Counted from the stretch's first letter, positions 40,590 through 53,245 are shown. The stretch is 64,000 nucleotides of DNA from Eledone cirrhosa (GCA_964016885.1 OZ024741.1:367040001-367104000); one strand, 5' to 3'. The notes: generated by a model not told the origin, from the letters alone. Numbers and translations are program-made.

Positions 40590-41890
40590 GGGGGGATAAA
40601 AAAAAAAGTTCGGAATTTTATCGTAGTAAGAAAAAAATAGATTAAAATAATATTAAACATGTGAGAACATTGTCACTGGGTCTTTACCTTGCTATTAGTC
40701 ACTTGCAGTCAGTTACGCGTGGACTATTGTACAGTACTGATACTCTTTAAACAACCTCTTTTTGGAACAATGGAAAATAGTTATTTTGAGATAAGATCGA
40801 ATATCAAGTTTCTGGTGAAACTCAAATGGAAAGGGACACAGATTATGGAGGCTTTAGTTAAAGTTTACAGTACTACTGCTCCAAAGAAAACTGCTGTCTA
40901 CAAATGGATTCAGCGATTCAAACAAGGGAGAGACGACCTTGAAGACGACCATCACAGTGGAAGACTAGGAACATCAAAACGTGGACCAAAGAGGCTACTC
41001 AGACTTTAATTGAAGATCGAAGAATAACAGTTAATCAGTTAGCTAAGTCCCTAGACATTTCATATGGTTTGGCAAATTCAATTCTGCACGATAATTTGGG
41101 ATTAAGCAAGCTTTCAGCGCGATGGGTCCCAAAAGCGTTGCGCCCTGATCAGCTGATTCTTCGAAGTGATCTGTCTTTGGCGATATTAAACAAAATTGAA
41201 GTTGATGAAGAGCATTTCCTGACCAGAATCATCACCGGAGATGAAACCTGGATCTACCAGTATGATCCTGAATCCAAACAGCAGTCAAAACTGGCTTCCA
41301 CGTGGATCATCGGGGCCAATCAAGTTCAAATCTCAAAAGTCGGATCAAAAAGTGATGGCCACCATTTTCTGGGATTTAGATGGGGTGATACTAATAGATT
41401 ATCTTGAAGGTCAAAGAACTGTGACAGGAGCTTACTATGCAAATGTTTTAAGGAAGCTGAAAGAGGCATTAGTCAAGAAACGAAAAGGGAAACTTCATGG
41501 TGGGATCTTGTTTCACCATGACAATGCACCAGCGCATTCTGCGTGGCTTGCAAAAGAAGTTCTTCGGGGATTTCGATGGGAAGTGCTTCCTCACCCGCCT
41601 TATAGTCCAGATTTAGCCCCATCAGACTTTTTCCTCTTTTCAAAACTCAAAGACATGCTAAAAGGAACCCGTTTTAGTGGTGTTGAAGAAGCTAAAAACA
41701 CTGCCAACACATGGCTTCGAACAAGGCCTTCAACTTTCTTTAGAGACGGCTTACGAAGCTAGAAGCATCGCCTTGTCAAGTGTATTGACCTGGATGGCAA
41801 CTATGTAGAAAAATAAATTGAAGGCAAATCATATTTTTGGAAAAATAGAATATTTTCTGAAAAATTCCGCGAACTTTTTGATCCCTCCTC

Positions 41891-41891
<1 letters not shown>
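40586..41891 (+). mobile_element. Full-length mariner DNA transposon (irritans/Hsmar2-like), inserted in a (TA)n tract
   Basis: TIRs (t/c)GAGG..GAT.AAAAAGTTC..GGAATTTT at both ends, TA flanks, ~1.3 kb length. Confidence 0.95.
40770..41816 (+). pseudogene. Mariner DD34D transposase pseudogene
   Basis: HTH region, WVP, TGDETW, HHDNAPAH, HPPYSPDLAPSDFFLF and C-terminal GNYVEK*. Split over three frames, with a premature TAG at 41760-41762. Confidence 0.95.
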
Positions 41892-41922
<31 letters not shown>

Positions 41923-41926
<4 letters not shown>

Positions 41927-44038
41927 TCATCATCATCATCATCATCAACGTTTAACGTCCGTGTTCCACGCTTGCATGGGTTTGGACGGGGGTAGTCCCA
42001 CTTGAGGCAAGAGTGATTGTCTTGCTCGCATAGGACTGTCTGGCAGGTTTTCTACAGTTGGATGCCCTTCCTAACACCAACCACATTTACAGTGTGGGTC
42101 TGGGAGGTTTTTACCGTGTTGCCTACACGGCCACATTACAGCGTGGACTGTGTGTTTTTTTGTCGTGACACCTACACGATCTCATTTGTTTCGGCCTCGA
42201 TGGCGCGGCACCAACATAACTTTACATAGAACGGGGTGGTGTGGATCGGGTGGTGGTGGTGGGACGGGGTGTATTTTGTTAGAGATGCCTACTGGCTGGA
42301 GTAGGTTTTACTATATATTTAGGTAAGGCGGGTCTTCTCTGTTACTGAGTACCGCCAAAGGTCTCGGTCCAGTGACATTGTCTTGGAGAGGTGTAAGTGT
42401 GTGATGTCGGAGTTTATCAGCTCGTCCCAGGTTTTTCTAGGTCTGCCTATTCCGTGACTACCGTCTATCTTTATTGCCCTGCACTTTGTTATACAGCTAT
42501 CGACTTTCATGCGCATCACGTGTCCATACCAACGTAGCCTTCTCTCGAGTAAACAACATCTGATCCCTCTTATCTCTAATTTTTTCCTTAGTTCGTTTAT
42601 GCTTTGCCGTTCACGTATATTACTGTTACACATCCAGCGGAGCATGCAAGCTTCGTTCCTCTCTAGTCTGCGTATATCCTCTGCACACAATGCCCAGGTC
42701 TCACTGCCATGCAGCATTGCTGTTCGTATGCAGGCATCGTACAACCTGCCTTTCATTTTTAGTGAGAACCCTTTAGCAGCTAATAGTGGTATAAGCTCTC
42801 TGAACTTTTTCCAACCAGTTCTGACTCTAGCTACAGTACTTTCAGAGCACCCTCCCCCACTGCTGATTTTATCGCCCAGGTAACGGAAGCTGTCCACTAT
42901 TTCTATAGAACCCTCTGCGCAATTGAAAGAGCTAGTAGTTTGTGGGCACTTGCTGCTACTTATTGCACCAGAGCACCGGCCACATGTAAAATCTATGTTC
43001 TTAGTTAGCTTACCTGTGATCCCACTACATCTTTTATGCACCCATACTTTGCATTTAGGACATAAAATGGAGTTTCTACCTACGCCTTTCCTACACACCG
43101 AGCACGACCATTTCCCAGAAGGGACCGCCGCCTTGTTTTCTTTCCTACAAACTAGTACTTTGGTCTTAGCCAGGTTAATTTTAAGTCCTTTTGACTCTAG
43201 GCCGTGCTTCCATGTTTGGAATTTCTTCTCTAGCTCGGCCATTGATTCCGCTATGAGTGTCAGGTCGTCTGCGTATAGGAGTTCCCATGGGCAGCCTGTC
43301 TTGAACTCCTCTGTTATAGCCTGAAGGGCAATAATAAATAGTAGTGGACTGAGAACAGAGCCCTGATGGACGCCAACTTTTACGCTAAACTCTTCACTAT
43401 ATTCGTTGTTAATTCTAACCTTGCTGACTGTTTCTTTATACATGGCTTGTATAGCCCTCACAAGCCATTCGTCAACGCCTAGTTTTCTAAGAGCCCACCA
43501 GATAATGGAGCGGGGGACTCTGTCGAAGGCTTTCTCCAAATCGACAAAAGCTAAGTAGAGGGGTTTACCTTTAGCTAGGTACTTCTCCTGTAGTTGTCGT
43601 ACTATGAAAAGAGCGTCTGTGGTACTTTTGCCTGACACAAACCCGAACTGCATTTCATCTAGGTCAATTCTCTCTCTGATTAGTTGCGCTATTACTTTTT
43701 CCGTGACCTTCATGACCTGGTCGATTAATTTAATGCCTCTATAGTTACTCCTATCTAGGGCGTCTCCTTTACCCTTATAACAGTTAACGATGATGCTGCT
43801 ATGCCAGTCCTTCGGAACAACCCCATTCTGTACGACTTGGTTAACTATGCGGGTGACCATGGTGTGTCCCACCGTGCCAGATGCCTTCAGCATCTCAGCA
43901 ACTATTTCCGAAGGCCCAGCCGCCTTACCAGTCTTCATATCCTTGATTGCCTTACTTATTATACTCCCCTCGACTAACACTGCTGGTCCCTCTATTGGGT
44001 CGATATGGGGGAGACTGCCTTTCTCCCAATTATTCTCC

Positions 44039-44039
<1 letters not shown>
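41923..44039 (-). mobile_element. RTE-clade LINE, 5'-truncated, with (ATG)n 3' tail and ~390-nt 3' UTR
   Basis: Intact RT ORF 42319-43980, terminal hairpin CCATGCAAGCGTGG, (CAT)n on the + strand, and TA microsatellites on both sides. Confidence 0.95.
42319..43980 (-). CDS. RTE LINE ORF fragment: reverse transcriptase with internal PHD finger (endonuclease lost by truncation)
   Basis: Motifs KGKGDALDRSNYRGI, QFGF, FVDLEKAFD, GVHQGSVLSPLLF, YADD, FRYLG, RRLRWYGHVMR and GRPRKTW; a C4HC3 motif follows KTKVL. Confidence 0.95.
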   Translation of the reverse strand: MLVEGSIISKAIKDMKTGKAAGPSEIVAEMLKASGTVGHTMVTRIVNQVVQNGVVPKDWHSSIIVNCYKGKGDALDRSNYRGIKLIDQVMKVTEKVIAQLIRERIDLDEMQFGFVSGKSTTDALFIVRQLQEKYLAKGKPLYLAFVDLEKAFDRVPRSIIWWALRKLGVDEWLVRAIQAMYKETVSKVRINNEYSEEFSVKVGVHQGSVLSPLLFIIALQAITEEFKTGCPWELLYADDLTLIAESMAELEKKFQTWKHGLESKGLKINLAKTKVLVCRKENKAAVPSGKWSCSVCRKGVGRNSILCPKCKVWVHKRCSGITGKLTKNIDFTCGRCSGAISSSKCPQTTSSFNCAEGSIEIVDSFRYLGDKISSGGGCSESTVARVRTGWKKFRELIPLLAAKGFSLKMKGRLYDACIRTAMLHGSETWALCAEDIRRLERNEACMLRWMCNSNIRERQSINELRKKLEIRGIRCCLLERRLRWYGHVMRMKVDSCITKCRAIKIDGSHGIGRPRKTWDELINSDITHLHLSKTMSLDRDLWRYSVTEKTRLT

Positions 44040-44080
<41 letters not shown>

Positions 44081-44120
44081 CCACCCTTGCAAGCAGGGAA
44101 AAGCGAATGTAAAATGATGA

Positions 44121-44159
<39 letters not shown>

Positions 44160-44205
44160 TATGTGTGTGTATGCACACACACACACTGCCCCCCCCCCCC
44201 CCCCC

Positions 44206-44244
<39 letters not shown>

Positions 44245-44480
44245 CATACTTTGATTACCCGTGCAGGCAATATTTGTTGAAGTGTGTATATATTTTTTGG
44301 GACACCCTGTATATATGCAAAGAAAAAATGGCATTCATAACAAAGATTGAGTGTTTCTGTGAGGTGTGTATATCTGATGAAAGACTGATAAGTGGCAAAG
44401 AGACACTTTAAGCTGACCAGTTCAACCCATTTCATCACTAATAGAGGGTGGTGATTGAAATGATATACATATGTATGAGT

Positions 44481-45056
44481 CATCATCACCATTTTACGTC
44501 GATTCTTCCACGCTAGCATGGGTTAGAGGGGTTGTCCTGTTGTGGGCAATGTTAGGTCGGGCTGACCTTGTCTTGCTCATGTGGGAACTGATTTTAGTTT
44601 GATTTCTACAGCTGGATGCCCTTCCAAACACCAACCTCATTTACAGTGAGTACTGGGTGCTTTTTTCCGTGGCGCCTACATGTTCACTTTACAGTGCGGT
44701 CTGGGTGCTTTTTTTGTTGTGACACCTCAACAACACTTTGCAATGAAATGGGGATGGGGGCATATTGCCTATATGCTTCGGCTTCGGCTCATTCCTGTGG
44801 GAAGTCGGGTCATCTGTATTACTCGTGACGCCAGAGGTCACGGTCCTGTGTCCTCACTGCTGAGAGGTGCAATTGGGCAACGTCCGCTTTTATCACCTCG
44901 TCCCAGGTTTTCTTGAGTCTCCCCACTCCACAGCTCCCATCAACTTTTAGTGCTCTGCACCTTTTTATGCAGCTGCCATCCTTCATACGCATCACATGTC
45001 CATACCAATGCATCTTCCTCTCCTGCACATAGCATTTGATTCCTCTTATGCTCATT
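44481..45056 (-). mobile_element. Short 5'-truncated RTE LINE (same subfamily as 55536-58162)
   Basis: C-terminal ORF piece WYGHVMRMKD..GRLKKTWDEVI, a matching 3' UTR and a (CAT)n tail. Confidence 0.9.
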
Positions 45057-45059
45057 CTT

Positions 45060-45418
45060 ACCTTCTTTTACTGGTTTCGATCATTAGGCTCTGACCATGC
45101 TCGGGTACCACCTGAAAGAGTTTATAGTCGATCATATCTACCCCACTTTTTTCTTATTTTTCTTCAAGTTTGGTAATTATTTTATTGATTTCTTTTTTGT
45201 TGCTAAGTAACAGGAAATAAACAGCAAGCACAGACGTGTACACATACACACACAGACATAAGGCCTCCACACAGTTTGTCTACCAAATTTCATATAAAGG
45301 TATTGTTGAACACTGCTACAGTAAAAAGAAAAAAAAATGCCCAAGGTGCCATGCTGTTGGACTGAACTCGAAACAAGATTGCAAAGCAAACTACTTAACC
45401 ACACAGCCATGCCTGTCC
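45060..45418 (-). mobile_element. SINE family 1 abutting the 5' end of RTE 44481-45056
   Basis: Reverse complement of the family-1 head and tail; related minus copies at ~46340-46580, 48563-48897, 58592-58700 and 63020-63232. Confidence 0.8.
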
Positions 45419-47420
45419 CTACCTAATGCTAATAACTTTGTTCAGACTGGCAATTGATTTTGATAGAGATCATATCTTAACTACACACTTAGTTATGTCT
45501 GGGGCAGGAGCTGGGGACAAAAATAAAACAACAAAAAACAAAGTGAACAAACAGATTGTTTAATACCATGTTTAAACATTGGAGCTTATCTGCCAAATAT
45601 AATTAGGAAACTTTCCTATTAAACTATCATAGGTAGGAAGATTAAATCTTTAATACTTTACCTTTTCCTCAAAAAATATATTTTTCCATTTTTTTTTATG
45701 CATTATTTTTTTTAAAGAAAACATATCTTTAATAGGTATAAAAACAGTTTACAATCAATGTTGGGTGGGGGTAATCCTTTTGATAACAAACTGCCTGCAT
45801 CTGACTCTGGTTCTGATACATAGTTGTTTAATTTGAAGTGTTTATATTTATTTTTTAAATGTTCCATTATAATTTTCTGTAAGCCCCTTTAAGTTATGTT
45901 CCAAACATGAGATTAATTATAAAAAGTTAGTTATATTACTAAATCACTCAAAATTCTTTCATTAGAAATATGGTAAAGAAAGGATTAATTAGTATGTGAA
46001 AGTGCATGGCCTAGGGGTTTGGGAATTGTGATTATAAGATATGGGTTCCATTCCTGGTCCAGGTGACATGTTCTTGAGAAAGATGCTTCATTTCATGACA
46101 GGAGTTGGACTCTTGTGAAAACACCTGAGAAACAATATGCAATATAACCCTGTAGGGGGCCAGCTGAACCTACATAGGTATAAACATTTTTCTTTTATGT
46201 GTGTGGCTACTGAACTATATGCGGAGTGGCTATAAACATTTTTCTTTTATGTGTGTGGCTGCTGGTAAGTGAAAGTGTTAAGCTCTGCTGCAAACAATAA
46301 ATAGTGGTCACTTGCTCTCATGCCAAACATACTTGTTCATCTTTTACTGGTTCTAGTCTGCAGCCTTTTAGTTGATCGAATCAACCCCAGTACTAACCGT
46401 TTCAAGTCTGGTGTTTATTTTATGAATCTCTTTGTTCAACTGTTACGTTACAGGGTAATCACCAATAAAGTATTGGTCTACCCTGACACTATAGTAGAAG
46501 ATAGTAGAAGACACTTGCCTAAGGTGCCATGCAGTGGGTGTGAACCTTAAGCAACATACATGGCTGCAAAGTGATCTCCTTAATCACAGAGCCATGCTCA
46601 GTGTCTAAAATCTGTTTTAAATTAACACTGTCTTAAATTAACTGTTCATCAGAAACTGGTGTTGAAAAAATAATTAAATAAAGCCCAACAACAAATGTTA
46701 TTTACTGGAATATGTGGCTGAAGACTTAAAATTATAATTTGTAAACCAATGTAACCAACTGTCCTACATCTTCCAACTATAAGTATCAACATTATCTCTG
46801 CTGTCTATATTATCCTTTCTAAGAATGCTTGCTTCTTTTTCGTTAAACATTTTTAAAAGGAAAAGTTGTCTTCATGTTGGATATTTTTACTAATTCGTCT
46901 GGTGTCTCATTAAAAAAGTTAGCTGTTTTTATCGTGTTTTATTGTTGCTACGTCTCTTTAACTTTTTTTTTTTTTAACATACTTCTAAATTTTAAATACA
47001 CTGGCCAATGTGTTTCAATTTAATTGAAAAATAATAAAACAAAATTTGGAATATTACTCAAAATATTCTTACCCAAAATTATGTACTTAAAAAACTTGCT
47101 GTTTTGTACCAGGAGTGGTTTTAGGTGGGTTGGTATCAAAAGGGTTATGGAGCATATATCTTTATGACCATAGCTAGAAATAGGTTCTATAGTTCAACAA
47201 GTTTTCAGTTTGTTATGCACAGGACAATGCCTGTACTGGCATGTATTGGATACCTTATATAAAACATCAGTAACAAAAAGGTTAATGAAACAAATTTAAT
47301 CTAGGTTTTATGGTACAAAACTATTTACTTTAAAATGTTTATATTTAAAAACCTTCATATAAGAACATGCTCAAAACACCAGCTTAATGAGAAAGTTACA
47401 TTATTAAATCCCTCAAAAGT

Positions 47421-47883
47421 CTTCATTGCACTGGTTGCCACCGAGATCTCAGGCATCCTCAGACCCCGTACTGCAGAGCTCCTTCGTAAAATCGGATCGT
47501 TAGCAACCCATCTGGGGAAAGAAACCCACAAAGCAGAGTGGCTGTTGTAATGGGTGTCACTGGACATTGTCCGTGAAAATGCCTTTGCAGTTTTGTCTGT
47601 GAGATGCAGCCCAAACACTGCTCCATCCCAGAACATATCACCCTTGCCCCTTCCTCTCTCTTCCATGCCCTCATAGTCCTTGCTTTTTCCCTCTTTATTC
47701 TCTCATTTATGACATTTCTATCTCTTTCTCCCACTTTCCTATACAGTCAGATCTGCCCCCCCCCCACCCGTTTCGTTTTTATCCTTTTCTTTTTCTTTCA
47801 TATTTCCATCGATATTTGCAATGCTATTTATACAACTGTGAATTGATTTGTCTGTAATTCTATTAAATTATAAGACAAATAAA
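47421..47883 (+). mobile_element. 3' fragment of a CRE-clade-like non-LTR retrotransposon (restriction-like endonuclease C-terminus), inserted in a MITE
   Basis: FIALVATEISGILRPRTAELLRKIGSLATHLGKETHKAEWLL*WVSLDIVRENAFAVL fits the F.PLA.ET.G..G..A..FL..LG..QRLS.A.QRGNA..L pattern. It is followed by a pyrimidine-rich UTR and AATAAA, and it splits a family-A MITE. Confidence 0.7.
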
Positions 47884-50800
47884 CTGGCATTTTCAAAATG
47901 ATTTGAAAATCATAGGCAGTATTACTATATTTCATTAGAAATAAAGGTAGTAAAACGATTAAATTTCATCGTCATTGTGTCACAATCACTTATGTTTTGC
48001 CATGCCTTCAATGGTTGGACCAGTCAGGTTGTTTCAAGTTAAATTGTATAGAGAGTTGACAGATATCTTCAGATTAGCTTAATCTTTGTTTAGCATATGT
48101 TTCATATTTAATATTGTTGATGATTTCCCTTTCTCAAATGATCTTAACAAAGATGAATGCATGCAAATGCACACACACACACAGTTAAATCGATTAGGAC
48201 AAAACACCATTGATTTTGCTGGCTTAATCTAATTATTTTCCACAATATTTGAGCCTCATATTTTCATCTTAATCAGTTTGATGCTTATCGTTAATATCCT
48301 TTTCATTCCACTCATTTGTACATCATCAGACTATCATGTCTATGGTATATTATGGTCGTGTTGTCTTACTTTCCAAGTTACGCAAATTATTACGCCAGAA
48401 AGATAAACGAAGTCGTTCCTATGCATATAATAAGTTCAGGTATTCAAATGCTTTTCAAATGATTTTGCTTTTCTTTCTTTTGTCTTAAAAAGTCAGCCTA
48501 TATTCTGTATCGGCATTTGTATCAGCATCACCAAATCCATTTGTAGTTGTTTTTCTTTTATTCTTTTACTAGGTTCAGTCATTAGATCACAGCCATGCGA
48601 TCTCATGACTAAACCTTAAATGGATCTAGTTGATCCTACTGGCCCCAGTATTTTGGTGGTTATTTTATCTATCGATCCTTTTCTGTCAAATTGCTAAGCT
48701 ACAGGTCACAAATACCCACCTTCATTTTTTATTTTATTTTTGTCAAAGTTGTTGAACACAGATACACATGTGTACCAAATTTAATTTAACTAAGGCAACC
48801 CAAGCCTGTAGTAGAAGACACTTGCCTAAAGTGCCATACAGTTGGTCTGAAACTGATACCATGTAGTTGCAAAGTGAACTTTTTATCCATACACCTATAT
48901 AGTTATGTTTTTTTTTAATTTGTTGTAGTATTTTAGAAATAATTTTGACAGTTTGTTAGTTTATTGATAATAGATGATATTAAGCATAATTTTTTTTTTT
49001 TCTTATTATTTTTTTTTTTTATTATTATTATTTCATTATAGTATTTGAGGGTTAATTTCTGTATAGCTTACATACTTAGTAACATTTTAAAAGTTTGTCA
49101 AATATGTACCAAATTTTTCAGAAAATATTTTTTTTTTAGGGAAAGTTAATATTTATACAGCTGTAGTACTGCTAGACAATAGATTGGCAGAATCTTTAAA
49201 GCATCAGAAATAATTCCTTAACCCTTTCATTACCATATTTTTTATGGAATACAATATCTGTTTTTCAAATATTTTTAAAATAATCAAGAATTTGGAAGTG
49301 TTTTGTAAAATAACTTGTTCATTATTAAGTAGTTGTTTTGGAACATAACTTTCCCTCATATAATTATGATGGAAAGTTTATAGATAAATATAAAGTTTTA
49401 CATTATAGAACCATAGGCTGTTTCAGTTGGTTTGGCATGAAAAGGTTATGGTGTTTGTTTCTGCTCTTTATGTCCAAAGCCTGTTGCGGTGAACTTTTCT
49501 TTTCATCCTTTGAAATGTTAATGGCCTTTGTCTCTCACAGGTATTGGTTTCTATAAGATATATCCTATTAACATATGTCAAAACTATTAGCAGGTTTTAT
49601 TGTAGCAGTTTATATAGATTATATAGATTAGAAGGCTTAAGTTGTTAAAAGTATTACTTACATAATAAGTAGGTAATTCTTTTGTGTGTTTTGTTGTATG
49701 AAAATGATAGCATATTTTGGGACATTCAATTTTTCTTGCAAATTATTATAATACATCAGTAAATTTATATAATACACTAGTCTGTAACCCTTTGTTTTAC
49801 AGGCAGAATGAGTATATTCAGTTTCTTTACCAATATTTAACAAAGCTATTTTTATGGATTGTGTGTGTATAAAGAGATGGGGGTTATCACCAATGACAGG
49901 AACACATTTTAGAATATTTACTCTCACTCCCATGCATTTTACATTTATGTTCCATTAATTTTTCTGAGATCATAAGTGTTTGTGTGACAGACAGACAAAA
50001 CATCCAGTATAATCATTACAGAGATTAACAAATTATTCTAATACGTTAACAAATTATAATATATATCAAGGCAACATATCCTAGTGTTGTTTTGTTAAGA
50101 AACAAACAGACACGCTACACTGATTGTTTAACTCTGATACACAATCTAAATTTATAATGCTATATAATTCAACTCTTTTATCGAAAAATTAATAGGAAGA
50201 TTGAAATAAGTTTGGAAAAATAATGAGGTTTGCTCCTTCTTTATCATTTTTCCCCCTGCCATTTGTTCTATATTTCCATTTATCTTTAATAACTGCTAAT
50301 TATCCTCATAGAAGATAAATCTTCCTTAATTATTTATCATTTTGACAAAAAAATGTTAAGGTTTTTTCTTCTTTGTTTTGCTTTTTCTTTTTGCGTTTTA
50401 TGAGAAATTTGCTTGATATATTTGTATTGTGTCTGATAGCAATCTATAATGAGTATTTATTTAAGAAGACATTTTATGTTTATCCTGGTCTTTAGTTATG
50501 CGTATCCATTTTAGAATAGGTACATTATCTCTGGCTATTGTAAGATGCGATTTGTGGGGTTGACATCAGAAAGGGTATCTGGCCATAAAACATGTCAAAA
50601 AAGAAACTGAATATTTAAAAAGGAAAATGGTTTTAAAACACTTTTGTTGTTGAATTATACATAAAAAATTGATAAATTAATGAGGAAACGTTTAATGTTT
50701 AGATGAGTTATGTTAGAAAAATTTGCTGGATACTGTTATACACAATCTTTAATGGAGCTTTTCTTGTCTGTTTTGAAAAAGTTTCACTTGAGAAAATACA

Positions 50801-50983
50801 TCATTAGAAAAAATTATGCTAGTTTGTGTCGATGTTTTTGGAGGGGTTGGTGTGAGACAAAGGGGTTTGATAGTAACTGAACACCACATAAGATATGCAA
50901 ACAAGTAGGAGCAGCTGATAAATTTTAACTTTCTGTTACTCTAGATATTAGGCTTGGAGCCTGTATTTTGTAGTTACTAATTA

Positions 50984-51295
50984 TATGGCTGTGTGGTTAA
51001 GGAGCCCGCTTTGCTAACACTTGGTTTCAGGTTCAGCCCCATTGCATGGTACCTTGGGCAAGTGGCTTCTACAATAGCTTCGAGTTGACCAACACCTTGT
51101 GAGTGCAGTTTGGATGGTAGAAACTGTGCAGAAGCCCATCTTATATGTGTGTGGGAGTCCATGTCTGTGTGTTTATGTTCTGTAACTTAGCAGTTTAACA
51201 GAAAAGATAAATAAAATAAGTACCAGGTTGGCTTCAAGTGGCGCCCCAACATTGCTGCAGTCAAATGTCTGAAAACAGTAAAAATAAAAAAGAAT
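50984..51295 (+). mobile_element. SINE family 1
   Basis: Same structure; other copies at ~3095-3386, 9830-10060, 18270-18520, 25845-25995 and 63832-64000. Confidence 0.82.
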
Positions 51296-52757
51296 ATTTC
51301 CAATAACTGGAGATATTCTGAACGAAATCATATCTGTTTGATGAAATTTAATGTTCTGTACTGCATGAAAATGCGTCAGTGAAACTTAGTTGAAAAGTAC
51401 AAACCAGCATCTTGACTACATCACATAAAAAAATAAAGTATGTACTTTAGTTTACCGTCAATTTTCATTGATATATTCATTAGTAAAAATACTAATTAAC
51501 ATTTAAATTAATCCGTTTTTAGTTATTTGTGGCTAAATCATTACAGGATGTTAAGAGTTGTGTGAGTATGTGCTTGAGTGGGAGTTAATACATGGCTGAG
51601 GATTACAAAATCCTCTGCTGTATTTACCAAAAAATCATTAGATCATTGTGGCAGCTGTTAATGACTGGTAATTAGGTATATATGTTATAGGTCAGTAGTT
51701 AAGTTAACTTCTTACAGCAAATAAATTGTCACTGTCCGTAATGTTCAAATAAATTAAAATTTGAAGAGATTTAGTTAACTTTCATTATCCTAGTTTATCC
51801 TAGATAAAATTATGATGGAAGAGTTTTAGATAAATATAAACACTTTAAAACAAGCAGTTTTGTATCATAGAACCAGAGGTGGTTTCAGGCAGTTTGGTAA
51901 TAGAATGTTTAACAAAGCATGCCTATTATGTGGTTTATCACAGGAACATATAAAGTGAGAGGAATCTTAAGTCTTGCCAAGCGAAAGGGTTATGTCACAC
52001 ATTATATATATGTATGTATGGTCCCGTAACTCCAGGTTTGAACACAGCAGATTTCTTCCAGAGAACGATAGAAAGTGAGAGAGATATAGAGGAAGAATTG
52101 ACCCTTTTACTAGGCTGATACTTTTTTTTTTAACCCTGAAAGGATGAATGAACGGCAAAGTTGACCATAACATGATTTGAACTTAGTGAGCAGAGAGCCT
52201 GAACAAATACTGTAAAGCATTCTAACGACTCTGCCAATTCACCACCTATTATATATATATATTATAGTTAGATAATTTAAAAAAAAAAGAAATAAAAAGT
52301 TAAATGAAGAATAGTACCTAGTTTGGTATGAGATAGCTGTTTAGGGGATGTTATTTTTAATTATTGTTGAAGGGAACACAGGTAAGAAATGGGTCTTGGG
52401 ATTATATTGAAATATTGGACAAAGTATGGCATCTGGGGTATGCAGAAAGGCAAGTCCACCAAATTGGTTTATTTGCCTTGGGCCCATGTACCGATAGAAG
52501 AGTATGTAGTGAGAGTTTAGTCAATGGTTGCAGGCTATTTTGTGTTACTTTTCTAAGCAGCTTCTGTGTACTTTAGCACAGAGAGTAGAGAATATGAAGC
52601 ATCTTTCTCTCAACTATACTCTTCAATATATCCCAATATCACTCCCTCACCATTTTCTTTCTTTCTCTCTCTTTCCCTGTGTTTATAGCGTGAGGCTATA
52701 GTTGTGATATCATGACTAGCAAGCTATGCGAAAAGAATATTTAACCCTTTAGCGTTT

Positions 52758-53034
52758 TGTGAATTGGTTTATTGGTTTAATCTTCTCCGGAAGATACCGC
52801 TGGTAACCAACCACTTGAGAGATAAAAATAAAGTAATCCGGGCATGCAAGATAGAGGTGATATGCTCTGTACATATAGTGTTCAGTTCTGAAGTAGTCGC
52901 AAGAGTATAGAGAGCTGCTCGTCAGAACGAGGCCGGCAACGAATAAAAATGGGAAACACAAGTCGCATCTATTTATAATGTCTACGGGAAGTAACTCTAA
53001 TTAATTCTCTTTTTTTACCCTAAAGGTCGCTACA
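52758..53034 (-). repeat. Gypsy 3' LTR
   Basis: TG...CA ends, preceded by the PPT; ~95% identical by eye to the other LTR apart from a 21-bp indel. Confidence 0.9.
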
Positions 53035-53245
53035 ATACTCTCCTCCAGACGAGAGGCGGATAACTCCAAGGTAATTGTAGCGACCTTGCAAGAAATTGGG
53101 ATCAAGGCAAAGGTATGAAAAAGGTACATGAAAAAACAATACAAAAAAAGAAACTCTATAGTTAAAGAAAACTTTCAACTGTTAAGAAACAAGGTAAAGA
53201 AAAGCATGTAATACACAATACAAAAAAGGCTCCATAGTGGCCAGT

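Noticed and set aside
42040-42185. Short repeated units as a CRISPR-like array
   Set aside because: Eukaryotic LINE 3' UTR with only two degenerate units, no unique spacers and no cas genes.
42509-43324. + strand ORFs opposite the RT (also 55926-56897 and 60711-61244)
   Set aside because: Antisense shadows of the RTE coding frame with no independent motifs.
46180-46260. 30-bp direct repeat around ~20 nt
   Set aside because: Simple local duplication at a SINE end; no sign of a family or function.
52749-52961. Duplicated small ORF (also 54689-54880)
   Set aside because: The duplication is explained by the two LTRs; no coding signature.
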